A stretch of 55,421 bases of DNA, taken from NCBI GenBank assembly GCA_963934545.1, contig CAWVZA010000001.1, forward strand, positions 1-55,421, in the 5' to 3' direction. The stretch is from an uncultured Sulfitobacter sp. GTDB taxonomy: Bacteria > Pseudomonadota > Alphaproteobacteria > Rhodobacterales > Rhodobacteraceae. Both the position numbers and the translations under genes were made by a program. Shown in pieces: positions 20,487 to 29,848 of this stretch. Numbering within the stretch: the first letter of the stretch is position 1; the number at the start of each line of letters is the position of its first letter. The notes under the pieces were generated by a model. It saw only the letters and a program-made list of their open reading frames with translations. It was not told where the DNA came from and made no database searches.

Positions 20487-20798
20487 TCAGGCTATGTGTT
20501 GGATTGCTGTAAAGCCTTCGAATGTTGGCGTGCCTTCATGTAATTTAGCGCTGTCTTTGGTACCCTTGTGTGCCGCACGGAATGCATCGCTTTTGGTCCA
20601 GCTGCGAAAAGTATCTTCAGAGGTCCAGACTGTGTGCGAGGCATAAATAATTTCTCCATCGACCTCGGGACCTTTGAGCATATGAAACTCGACAAACCCG
20701 TCCATCTCTTTGAGGTGACTGTCACGTCCAAGCCAAAGCGCCTCAAAAGCGGCTGCATTGGTTATCGTGACGGTAAAGCGGTTCATGGCCAAGTACAT
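20487..20798 (-). CDS. ABM-family heme-degrading monooxygenase (IsdG/HmuQ-like)
   Basis: AMNRF...FE..W..R.S.L, WTKSDAFRAAH; the Asn/Trp/His of the IsdG family are present; AAGGA RBS. Confidence 0.82.
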   Translation of the reverse strand: MYLAMNRFTVTITNAAAFEALWLGRDSHLKEMDGFVEFHMLKGPEVDGEIIYASHTVWTSEDTFRSWTKSDAFRAAHKGTKDSAKLHEGTPTFEGFTAIQHIA

Positions 20799-20857
20799 TT
20801 CACATTCCTTTTTGTCGCTGCCTTTAGATAACACAGCTTTCTTCAAATCACAGACTG

Positions 20858-20903
20858 CAATGACGTGAGGCCGCGCAGATATTTGCGCGGCCTCACGTCA
20901 TTG
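20858..20903. terminator. 20-bp perfect inverted repeat between futA and the monooxygenase gene
   Basis: CAATGACGTGAGGCCGCGCA-N6-TGCGCGGCCTCACGTCATTG. Confidence 0.65.
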
Positions 20904-20919
20904 ATTAGGACTTTAGGAG

Positions 20920-21948
20920 TTACTTCCAGCCAACGTCGTTAAAGATTTTCTGGGCTGCAGGAAGATTCAATGCAACGGCGGACAAGTTCACATCATCCGC
21001 CTTAAACGCGCCTAACTTCGCAACACTCTCGCTCAGTGCGACACCTTTGACGGCAGGGAATTCGTCATTGCCCGCTGAGAAATACTGCTGCGCCTGATCG
21101 GATGAGAGATACTCAAGAAATGCGATGGCGTTGGCGCGGTTGGGGGCATGCGCTGCTACGCCGCCGCCTGAAAGGTTCATATGCGCGCCTTCTGCTTCCT
21201 GTGCGGGAAAGACCCAACCGATTTGATCGATATCGTCCGTTACTCCGCTGACATCGATGCGCATAGCGCGGGCAAAATAATAGGTGTTGGCGACTGCAAT
21301 ATCGCATTCACCCGAAACGATGCCGCGCAGCTGGTCGGTGTCGCCGCCCTGCGGATCACGGGCAAAATTATCAACCATGCCTTGGGCCCATGCGGTAGCG
21401 GCTTCGACGCCGTGGTTCTCGATGACTGAAGCCAGCAAGGTTTGGGAGTAGACGTTGGAGGAGGAGCGGTGGCAGACCATGCCCTTATACTTGGGGTTGG
21501 CGAGTGAGACATAGTCCATCGGTGGCTCGCTCACTTCGTTCTTGTCAAAAAAGATGATGCGCGCGCGCTGGGAAAAACCGAACCACTGGTTGTCTGCGTC
21601 CTGCAAGTTTGATGGCATGCGCGCCTCCAGAACTTCGCTGTAGGCAGATTGCAAAACGCCTGCATCGGCTGCGCGCTTGAGGCGGGAGGTATCAACCGTG
21701 AGCAGGATATCAGCAGGGGAGTTTGCACCTTCGGCTTGCATACGGGCGATCAGCTCGTCTGCTTTGCCCTCAATGCGATTGATCGTAATGCCTGTCGCTT
21801 TGGTGAAGTCACTGTAGAGCCGCTCATCGGTGTCATAATGGCGCGAGGAGTAAAGGTTTACTTCGCCCTCTGCTGTGGCGACGCATGTGCTTGCGAAAAC
21901 GGCAGCAGCGGCCAGCGCGAGAGTAGACGTATGTGTGAGGTGTTTCAT
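20920..21948 (-). CDS. futA: Fe(III) ABC substrate-binding protein (FutA/FbpA/IdiA)
   Basis: NLYSSRHY, EGANSPAD, GGDTDQ, ANTYY (Tyr pair) and HMNLSG. Confidence 0.9.
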   Translation of the reverse strand: MKHLTHTSTLALAAAAVFASTCVATAEGEVNLYSSRHYDTDERLYSDFTKATGITINRIEGKADELIARMQAEGANSPADILLTVDTSRLKRAADAGVLQSAYSEVLEARMPSNLQDADNQWFGFSQRARIIFFDKNEVSEPPMDYVSLANPKYKGMVCHRSSSNVYSQTLLASVIENHGVEAATAWAQGMVDNFARDPQGGDTDQLRGIVSGECDIAVANTYYFARAMRIDVSGVTDDIDQIGWVFPAQEAEGAHMNLSGGGVAAHAPNRANAIAFLEYLSSDQAQQYFSAGNDEFPAVKGVALSESVAKLGAFKADDVNLSAVALNLPAAQKIFNDVGWK

Positions 21949-22018
21949 GGCGAATCCTTAGGTTTCTAATTCTTACTGTTTTACTAAATTATCTAAATCG
22001 AGATGAAAAGCAACAATT

Positions 22019-22035
22019 CTGATTTTTTTAGTCAG
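22019..22035. promoter_or_regulatory. Iron-Rhodo-box-like operator upstream of futA
   Basis: CTGATTTTTTTAGTCAG is a 17-bp CTGA-N9-TCAG dyad matching the Rhodobacteraceae iron motif; a weaker copy, CTTACTGTTTTACTAAA, is at 21972-21988. Confidence 0.7.
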
Positions 22036-22057
22036 AATTAATTTGACGAAGTAATTC

Positions 22058-23574
22058 CTACCCCAAGTCCAGCACACCACCGCTACGATGCTCCAACAGT
22101 AAGCGAGGGGAGGGCGCAGGGTGTGTTCGAACATTTACCGCCTGTTGCTGCGCAAGCTCGAGCAGTGTGTCAAATGTCACGACAGGAAGCCCTGCCTGTT
22201 TAAGTGCGTGTTCCAAGTCAGGGCGGGCAGAATTGACCACAATTCCATGATCACTCACGAGAACGTCCACGTCCTTTCCTTGGGTTGTCACACAGCGCGC
22301 ATGCTCTACCAGCTTTGCATAACCTCCCGCTGTTAGGTCCGTCGTCACAATTGTGAGCTCAGCCCCCTGTGCCGCATCGGGATGCCCACCTGGTCCACCA
22401 ATCAGGCGACCATCCCCGCCTATGGTGACGTTCACATTGAACGCGCGGTCAATTTCGACGGCTCCCAATACCATCACCGACAGCCGTTCCACGATGGTGG
22501 CGGCGTTCAGTGGATTGGCGTATTGTGATGCGCTCATGGCGTGATGATCTGGATTGGTCACGGATGAGGTAACTGCCGCACCGTCAAAACACTGCACGTC
22601 ATGAATGCACTCGAACAGCCCCGCCTGCTGCAACGCCACATGTGCGCCTGTGATCCCGCCAGAAATAAAGCTGCCCCGCACATCCGATCGCTCCATTGCG
22701 GCACCGATCACTGGCACAGCGGCAAGGGAGTAGCCGCCAGCACCTGTTTGCAATGACATGCCGTTTCTGAGCAATCCAGTCGCCTCGATCACTTGTGCAA
22801 CCATGTTGCCAATAGCCTACGCTTGGGGTGTTTGCGCGGCAAGGGTTGTGTCACTTGCAATGCCACTCACATCGCCGGGGTGTGGGAAGGGGATCACGGC
22901 GTCTACATGCTCTGCCGGAATATCTGTATGGCGCAGGGTGTCATCAGTTATCTCATGGGCGAAGACCACGCTATGAGTGGCATATTCTGCATCAACCATC
23001 GCATACACGAGCGGCCCACATGGCAAAGCGCCTCCGCGTCCCGTGCAGGCCCCATCGGCGTTGGCAACGGAAGCACCGATGAACGCCACATCCACTTTGA
23101 GCACGCCAGTTTCTAATGCGCGGGCACGGCCACCATGGCTTTGCAGCAGCGCAGGGTTTTGAAGGTCGCCTGATATCATCGCATTGGCCACAGGGCCTTT
23201 TGCATAATCGGTGACGACATTGGTGATCACTCCAGCCCTAATGAGGGCGGCGAGGGGGGCATGCACAGGAAACAGCGAACTGGGGGCGATGGTCAATCCG
23301 CGCAAGCCGCGCCGCGCCGCCTCTGCGAGCACTGCATTTATGAGGCGGTCCCCGTTGCGGTAGTGATGATGGAACGACAGCACAGCGCCATCGCCAATGC
23401 CGAACTGGTCAAATGCAGCCGCGAGATCGGGCAATCGTTTGTCTGTTGCGTCGAATGCGCACGTTTCGGCAGGGTTTTGACCGCACCCACTGGGGCCATC
23501 TGCAGCGGCCCAATGGGAGAGGATAAGGGCCATTCCAGTTGCGCCATGCGTCCGCAATGTGTGTCTGTTGTCAT
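22058..23574 (-). pseudogene. citF: Citrate lyase alpha subunit (citrate CoA-transferase), disrupted
   Basis: SFHHHYRNGD, SHGGRARA, LQTGAGG and DVQCFD. An in-frame TAG at 22817-22819 splits the ORF, and the likely N-terminus (MTTDTHCGR, ATG 23574) lies in another frame. Confidence 0.82.
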
Positions 23575-23643
23575 CCTATCGCCTCTCATCCCCTTGCATC
23601 CGCACGCTCGACGGCTACCCTTTGCACAAAGGAGCCTGCCCTC

Positions 23644-24750
23644 ATGTCTGTCAACACCACACCCGTTTCTGCCGGTGCTGCCCTCAATGTCCTGCGTGCA
23701 GGATTTGCGGCACAGATGGCAGGGCAAATGACTGCTTCATGGATGCTGCATGGGCGTCCAGGTATTGGCAAGACCGAGATCGTGCAACAGCTTGCGGATG
23801 AGACGGGTAGCTGCCTGTTTGACCTGCGCCTCACCACGATCGAGCCGCAGGATTTGCGCGGGTTGCCCTTCTATGATCATGAGGCCAAACGCACTGTCTG
23901 GTACCCGCCCGAGGATTTGCCAAAAGGTGATGGCGCACCCACAATCCTCTTTCTGGACGAGCTGACAGCGGCAGCCCCTTCGCTGCAACCTACTGTCTAT
24001 GGCTTGCTACAAGAACGGCGCGTGGGCCAGCATGCACTGCCTGATAATACCTTCATCATTGCGGCGGGAAATATGGTCGAGGATGGTGCCATTGCCTATG
24101 AGATGGGCACCGCGCTGTCTGACCGCCTCATCCATCTCAGCTTGCGGGCTGAAGCGGGTGAATGGCTAAACGCCTATGCTGTGCCGCAAAATCTGCATCC
24201 TGCGGTGACGGCATTTATACGCACGCGCCCTGATCTGCTCGACACCACAGAAGAAGCGCTGCGGCGCGGCCAGATGATCGCTTGCACACCGCGCTCATGG
24301 GCGCGGGTGAGTGCGATTTTGCAGGCCACACAGGATAAGGTTCTGCGCGACGTCCTGCTGGCTGGAACGCTGGGGGATTCCGCCGCAGCAGAGTTTGTCC
24401 TGATTGCGGATGACATCGCTGCTACGGTTCAAGCCCAAGCCATGCTTGGAGTGGAAGGCGCTGAGCGCGTGCAACTATATCCGCGCAGTCTGCATGGGCT
24501 GACCGCGCTGGTTTACGCGCTGGTGACGCTCGCGGATGCAGATACGCTGCCTGCGACAATTGACGTGATGGCAGGGATTGAGCGACTGGCGCAGGAGTGC
24601 ACGGAACCTGACTTTGCCCGTTTGCCGCTGGGCGAGTTGGTTACATACGGTTTTGAGCTGTTGATCGACAAAGCGCTGGCGCATGATCTGCAAGAAGCGT
24701 TTCGCACCTCTGCGTCCTATGCGGCCTACCTCGCTGCGCGTGAGGGATGA
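23644..24750 (+). CDS. AAA+ ATPase (MoxR/AAA_5-like)
   Basis: Walker A GRPGIGKT, DLRGLP, Walker B LFLDE, AAGN, ALSDR and TPRSW; AAGGAG RBS. Confidence 0.88.
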   Translation: MSVNTTPVSAGAALNVLRAGFAAQMAGQMTASWMLHGRPGIGKTEIVQQLADETGSCLFDLRLTTIEPQDLRGLPFYDHEAKRTVWYPPEDLPKGDGAPTILFLDELTAAAPSLQPTVYGLLQERRVGQHALPDNTFIIAAGNMVEDGAIAYEMGTALSDRLIHLSLRAEAGEWLNAYAVPQNLHPAVTAFIRTRPDLLDTTEEALRRGQMIACTPRSWARVSAILQATQDKVLRDVLLAGTLGDSAAAEFVLIADDIAATVQAQAMLGVEGAERVQLYPRSLHGLTALVYALVTLADADTLPATIDVMAGIERLAQECTEPDFARLPLGELVTYGFELLIDKALAHDLQEAFRTSASYAAYLAAREG

Positions 24751-25988
24751 ACCCAGATCATCATAGCGTTCGCGCAGGCCCTGCATTGCGTGCCTTGGTA
24801 GAAGCTGATCCTGCGATGGCGACCTTATCGCTGTGGTGCTCCCACCGCGATGGTCCCCAGACGGCGACTATGGGTGATACGATCACTTACGGACCTGCAT
24901 TCGAGGCAATGGCCCTGCACGAGCAGATGGGACTGGCGGCACATCACATCCTGCACGTGGCTTTGCGTCATTCTGCCCGTGCTGCGGCACTTGAGATCCG
25001 TTTGGGGGCTGACTTTGATGCGGAGCTTTTCAACCTTGGGGCGGACGCGTTGATCAACGAGGCGGTCTTGGCTGGAGATCATGCGCTGCCCCGTCCTGCA
25101 GTACGAGCAACGGAGTTAATCAAGCGCGCATTGGGGCGGGAGACGAGTCAAACCGAGGCATTGGGGGAATGGGATGCTGAACGCCTGTATTTTGCGCTGC
25201 GGGGGCGGGGCGGTGATGCAACTGGCCGTGAAGGGGAGGCCCAGAGCTATGCGCAGATGCAGAGCTTTGAAGCGGATTTGGAGCGCGAAGCAGGGACTGG
25301 TGAGGACGGGGATGCCATTCAGGATGCTGCGCGTTGGCGTCAACACATTACACGCGCGATGGACGCTGGGCGCAGTGTGGGGCGTGGCGTCGGGCGTATC
25401 GGTCACCAGCTTGCGGATGTGGCGCAACCCCGTGTGCCGTGGGAGCAGATCCTGCGCCGACTGTTAACCCAAGCAGTGATGCAAGCACCGAAGCATAGCC
25501 CGAACCGCCCCGCCCGCCGCTGGATTGCTGGCACAGCACAAGCGCAACGTGCTGGTACGCTTGAGCCAGGTTTTGAGGCAGGATCGCGCCCGCGTACTGA
25601 TGTGCCGCGGATTGCTGTAGCACTGGATGCCTCCAGCAGTATTGATGACACAAGGCTGGCGATGTTCTGGGCTGAGGTGACAGGCATTGCGCGGCGGGTG
25701 CGTGCGGAATTGCACCTGTTGGTCTTTGACGATGCCATCCGTCATCGCGCACAAATTGATCCCAGTGCTACGCAGATTGCGCTGCCACAGCTTCCCCGCG
25801 GTGGAGGGACAGCATTTGTCCCCGTCATTGCGGAGGCGTGTCAGATTGGTGCGGCAGCACTTGTCATCTTCACTGATCTGGAAGGTGAGGCAGGACCACC
25901 GCCCCGCGGTTTGTCTGTCATATGGGCCGTGCCTGATGGGGTTGTTCTTGAACCGCCATTTGGCCGTCTTGTCGACTTATCACGCTAA
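24747..25988 (+). CDS. DUF2201 putative metallopeptidase + vWA-like domain protein
   Basis: HHILHVALRH, D..IN and PW..IL; MIDAS DASSS, GGGT and FTD; ATGA-coupled to the ATPase. Confidence 0.82.
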   Translation: MNPDHHSVRAGPALRALVEADPAMATLSLWCSHRDGPQTATMGDTITYGPAFEAMALHEQMGLAAHHILHVALRHSARAAALEIRLGADFDAELFNLGADALINEAVLAGDHALPRPAVRATELIKRALGRETSQTEALGEWDAERLYFALRGRGGDATGREGEAQSYAQMQSFEADLEREAGTGEDGDAIQDAARWRQHITRAMDAGRSVGRGVGRIGHQLADVAQPRVPWEQILRRLLTQAVMQAPKHSPNRPARRWIAGTAQAQRAGTLEPGFEAGSRPRTDVPRIAVALDASSSIDDTRLAMFWAEVTGIARRVRAELHLLVFDDAIRHRAQIDPSATQIALPQLPRGGGTAFVPVIAEACQIGAAALVIFTDLEGEAGPPPRGLSVIWAVPDGVVLEPPFGRLVDLSR

Positions 25989-26651
25989 AGCTGCCGCAAG
26001 GCGTGCATGCGCAGATACGCCGCGTGCATCGAATGTGATGTCGCGTAGGAAAACGCCCTGCGACTGGTTCACCCTTTGCAGGGCCTTTTCGGTCAGGGGC
26101 GATTGGAAAATCGTTTGGTGGAGTATCTCCTGCTCCGCTTCCGACAGACACACGACTTCGGGTCCGTCATCAGATTGCACACTGACATAGGTCAGCGAGG
26201 GCAGACGCCACAGCTCTGACTGCTCAATGACCAAATGCAATTCGCCGCGCTTCATCTCTCGTGCCGCAGCAATTTGGGTTAGGGCGGCACTGGATTGGAC
26301 ACGCAACAGGTCAAGCAGGCGCTCAGCCTGAGCGGCCTCGATAAGCTTGGTGCGTCGTGTCTTAGGCACGCGCAAAACGCGCATTTCAACAACCCAAATC
26401 ATAAAAATCATGAGGACGGGTGCCTGCGCCATGGGCAAAGCCAATGCATTCCAGCTTAACCCGATAAAGATGAACGGGCTGAGCGTCAGGATGTAGCGTA
26501 CGGCCTGAAACTCGATGATCAGTCGCAAGAGCATCTTAAACCCTATGGGGCCGCGCGGCCAGACAGCGACACGACCAAAGAATTTGCGTGGCAGTTGGCG
26601 CACTTTGAGAATGGCAGGGTTGCGCAGAGTTGTGTGCGTGAGAATGTACAT
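25980..26651 (-). CDS. Hypothetical membrane protein
   Basis: 223 aa with two central hydrophobic helices; fills the space between neighbouring genes; 9-nt convergent overlap. Confidence 0.65.
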   Translation of the reverse strand: MYILTHTTLRNPAILKVRQLPRKFFGRVAVWPRGPIGFKMLLRLIIEFQAVRYILTLSPFIFIGLSWNALALPMAQAPVLMIFMIWVVEMRVLRVPKTRRTKLIEAAQAERLLDLLRVQSSAALTQIAAAREMKRGELHLVIEQSELWRLPSLTYVSVQSDDGPEVVCLSEAEQEILHQTIFQSPLTEKALQRVNQSQGVFLRDITFDARGVSAHARLAAALA

Positions 26652-26760
26652 TGATTAGAGCATAGCGCGGCAAGCCCGTAGGCAAAGGCCTGATTATGTC
26701 CCTTGCTTGGTCTTTGCGGTCCACAGGTATAGACATGGGCGCAAACATGAAGACACGCAC

Positions 26761-27210
26761 ATGCATAAATTTCCTGACATGCCGCCGATCTGGTGGGCGG
26801 GCAGTATCGCAATAATCTATCTGGGCAAGTGGCTGATCCCCGCTTTCCATATCTCCTCGGGGTTTTTGAGTGTTCTGTCATGGGCAATGCTTGCCACAGG
26901 TCTCGGTATCATTGCGTGGGCGGCACTTTGGTTTTTGCGCAAGAAGACCCCGATTGAGCCGCATCACACGCCAAAGACGCTAATCGTTGAGGGGCCATTC
27001 CGTTTGACGCGGAACCCGATCTATCTGGCGTTGGTCCTGCTCACGCTTGCTTCGGCTGTGGGGCATGGATCCCTAATCGGGCTGGTCGCGGCTGCCGCCT
27101 TATGGTGGGCGCTGGACCGTCGGTTTGCCGCACCTGAAGAGGTGCTATTGCTCACGACATTCGGAGCAGAGGCAGAGAACTATTTGGCCCAGACAAAACG
27201 CTGGATTTAG
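26761..27210 (+). CDS. Isoprenylcysteine carboxyl methyltransferase (ICMT/PEMT) family membrane protein
   Basis: GPFRLTRNPIYL and EE.LL..FG...Y...TKRWI. Confidence 0.85.
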   Translation: MHKFPDMPPIWWAGSIAIIYLGKWLIPAFHISSGFLSVLSWAMLATGLGIIAWAALWFLRKKTPIEPHHTPKTLIVEGPFRLTRNPIYLALVLLTLASAVGHGSLIGLVAAAALWWALDRRFAAPEEVLLLTTFGAEAENYLAQTKRWI

Positions 27211-28055
27211 AAAGTTGCGGTTGCCTGCATGGCCAACCGTCCCTCAGGCGTAGCGGCGGCGAGTGCGACCGTATTCCCATTGCGATTGGCGTGTAGCGTA
27301 AATGGTGCACCATCAAACAGCGGGCTCGTGGCGCGGAAGTCAAAGCTGCGTGGCGCTGCACCATTCATGCGGCGCTTGGCCAAATCCATGAGAAGTGTTG
27401 CGATCAGCGGGCCGTGGACCACTAGACCTGCGTGTCCCTCGACACCACGAGCATAGTCGCGGTCATAGTGGATGCGGTGTCCGTTAAAGGTGAGCGCTGA
27501 ATAGCGAAAGAGCATGACTTCGCTTGGGGTCACAGTTTCGCTGTGTTGCCAGTCCTCACCAACGGGCTCGGTCGGGCGGGGTATGGCACCTTCAGTCGGG
27601 TCTTCGCGGTAGGCAATATCGTGCTCTTCCCAAAACGCGAGATTGCCTTCAGTGCTGACTTCATGACGAACGGTCACAAAACACAGTGGGCCTGAGCGTC
27701 CGAATTTGGATGCAACATCCTTGATTATCGAGCGTTTGGTAGCGCTTGCGCCAATATGCAGATCAGTATGAAAGCCAAAGCGCCCGCCCGCCCACATGCG
27801 TCGCGGCAAAGCGACAGGTGGCAAAAACCCACCCCGTGTGGGATGCCCGTCGCGCTCCAATGCGCTCAACGGGGCGGATTGCAGAAAATACAGCCAATGC
27901 CATAGCGGGGGAAGCACATCGCCGTCGCCCAACATTGGCGCACGATCAAGGGTCATTTCCATCAGATTGGCAGGCCCGAGGTGCAGCGTATCGACGTGCT
28001 CTTCCTCTTTGCCGATCCAGTGGCGCAAAACGTCCGGGTCAAGTGTCGGTTGCAT
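27207..28055 (-). CDS. Double-hotdog MaoC-like dehydratase (HTD2 / mesaconyl-C4-CoA / itaconyl-CoA hydratase type)
   Basis: LPPLWHWLYF, DGHP.RGGFLPP, RRMWAGG, YSALTFNGHRIHYD and LVVHGPL. Confidence 0.88.
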   Translation of the reverse strand: MQPTLDPDVLRHWIGKEEEHVDTLHLGPANLMEMTLDRAPMLGDGDVLPPLWHWLYFLQSAPLSALERDGHPTRGGFLPPVALPRRMWAGGRFGFHTDLHIGASATKRSIIKDVASKFGRSGPLCFVTVRHEVSTEGNLAFWEEHDIAYREDPTEGAIPRPTEPVGEDWQHSETVTPSEVMLFRYSALTFNGHRIHYDRDYARGVEGHAGLVVHGPLIATLLMDLAKRRMNGAAPRSFDFRATSPLFDGAPFTLHANRNGNTVALAAATPEGRLAMQATATF

Positions 28056-28201
28056 GGGGCGGTCCCTTTGTCTTTGGAGTGCTCAGTGTCGGGTAAGTTG
28101 CGGGAACGGTCAAGCGGTCTGACAATCGGATTGACCTGCCATTTTCGAGTTCCCGCGCTATGTAGGGGGTTACACAGAACAGCAAAAAGTGCGCATGACC
28201 C

Positions 28202-29179
28202 GTGACAGATGACCTGAGCGTAGACCCGATTGACGCCGTGATCACGTGGGTCGATGGCAATGACCCTGCGCACCGCGCAAGGAGGTTGCAGCACATGGCG
28301 GAAAGCGAACGGGCGCTGAATGAAAACGCCAGCAATCCGCACCGCTGGGAGCAGAGTGACGAGATCTATTTCTGCCTGACATCTATCTACAATCATGCGC
28401 CATGGGTGCGCCGCATGTGGATTTTGGTGGAGGAGGAAGGGCCTGATCTGTCCGACCTGCCTCAAGCGTTGCGTGAAAAGATACATATCGCGCGACATGC
28501 AGAGGTTTTTGCGGGCCATACAGATGTTTTGCCGACGTTCAATTCCCTCGCGATCGAGAGTGTGATGTGGCGGATTGACGGGCTTGCTGAACGGTTTTTG
28601 TATTTTAACGATGATGTGTTTCTCACCAGCCCGCTTGAACCTGAGGATGTGTTTGTGGGCAATCGTCCAGTGTTGCGCGGCGAATGGGTGGATTATTCTG
28701 CATTGTTGGATGATGAGATTGCGCGCGCCGATCCAGCACTTTTTGCGCAATTTATGCATATCAACGGCGCGGCTCTGTGTGGCTATGATGCAGCGCGCTT
28801 GTTTGCTTGTGCGCATGTGGTGCATCCCTTGCGGCGCAGTGTAATGGCTAAGCTGTTTGAGCAGCACAAGGCCGCGTTTCTGGCCAACATCAGCCACCGT
28901 TTTCGTGATCTGAGCCAGTTTCTTCCGCAAGGCGCGCATACGCATATGAGCATCCTGCGTGGTGACTTCGTGCAGGGCAGTAAAGATGATCATCAGCATA
29001 TCACCAGCGGTCAGGGTATGGGCCAACCGCCCGCTCAAACCCGTGATTTGCTCATGCCGGAAGGTTTGGACGGGGTCAGGTTTTTATGCGTGAATGATCT
29101 GCCACAGTTGGAGGTTTTGGTCCTCGATGCTCGGGAACTCATCGCGCAGGCTGTGGGCGGGATGCCTGCGCCGCTGTGA
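28202..29179 (+). CDS. Stealth-family hexose-1-phosphoryltransferase
   Basis: CR1 IDAVITWVDGNDP; CR2 APWVRR, PTFNSLAIES and FLYFNDD; CR4 FLCVND. Confidence 0.88.
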   Translation: MTDDLSVDPIDAVITWVDGNDPAHRARRLQHMAESERALNENASNPHRWEQSDEIYFCLTSIYNHAPWVRRMWILVEEEGPDLSDLPQALREKIHIARHAEVFAGHTDVLPTFNSLAIESVMWRIDGLAERFLYFNDDVFLTSPLEPEDVFVGNRPVLRGEWVDYSALLDDEIARADPALFAQFMHINGAALCGYDAARLFACAHVVHPLRRSVMAKLFEQHKAAFLANISHRFRDLSQFLPQGAHTHMSILRGDFVQGSKDDHQHITSGQGMGQPPAQTRDLLMPEGLDGVRFLCVNDLPQLEVLVLDARELIAQAVGGMPAPL

Positions 29180-29848
29180 CTATCGTGCCAAGGGGATGCG
29201 GGCGATGCTGTGAAACATGCCTGCGGCGTCCTCACCAGCGACAGTGAGGTGGTCAATCATAAACGGGGCTGGCAGTACGGGGGCGAAATGTGCAGCTACA
29301 ATCGGCAGCATCGCCGAGGTATCTTTGAGCGGGCCCGTTAGGGTGATGTGAAACCGAAATTCGTCCATCACATTTGGGTAGCCCCACTGCACGAGGTTCT
29401 GTTCTTGCGAAGGTGTCAAAGGTTTTTGGTAGTGGCGGGTCAGCTCTTCGACGGTTGAAGGGGCGCGGAATGGGTCAAGGTTTTCAACCAGATGCGCCGC
29501 GAGGTTGTTCAACGTATCGGTTTTTCCGACAACTGTCAGCGCAAGAAAACTACCAAGCTGCGAAACGGTCAAGCGATCAAGGCGCACGGGCGTAAGCGTC
29601 TTTGCTATGTGTTCCACGGCGCGGATCAGTTCCGCTTCTGTCCGCCCCTGAGCCAGTGCCATTGGGGGTTTGAATGTTGCGTGTAGACCGTACTTTCGTG
29701 GGCGTTTGGTCATTGTGGCGAGGTCCAGACCGTCAATGATTGGATGCGCAACAGTTCCGCCCAACGCCACATCCCATCCCAGCCATGCGGCACCTGCCTC
29801 GGCCAAGGCACCGCATGGCGTGTAGTAGATGGAATAGCGGCGATACAT
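29180..29848 (-). CDS. DUF1045 protein (2H phosphoesterase-like)
   Basis: RYSIYYTP, PRKYGLHATFKPP, WGYP and FRFHITLTG (two HxT motifs). Confidence 0.85.
   Translation of the reverse strand: MYRRYSIYYTPCGALAEAGAAWLGWDVALGGTVAHPIIDGLDLATMTKRPRKYGLHATFKPPMALAQGRTEAELIRAVEHIAKTLTPVRLDRLTVSQLGSFLALTVVGKTDTLNNLAAHLVENLDPFRAPSTVEELTRHYQKPLTPSQEQNLVQWGYPNVMDEFRFHITLTGPLKDTSAMLPIVAAHFAPVLPAPFMIDHLTVAGEDAAGMFHSIARIPLAR

Noticed and set aside
27962-29038. 358-aa antisense ORF over the Stealth gene
   Set aside because: The sense strand carries all the Stealth motifs; the antisense product is featureless.
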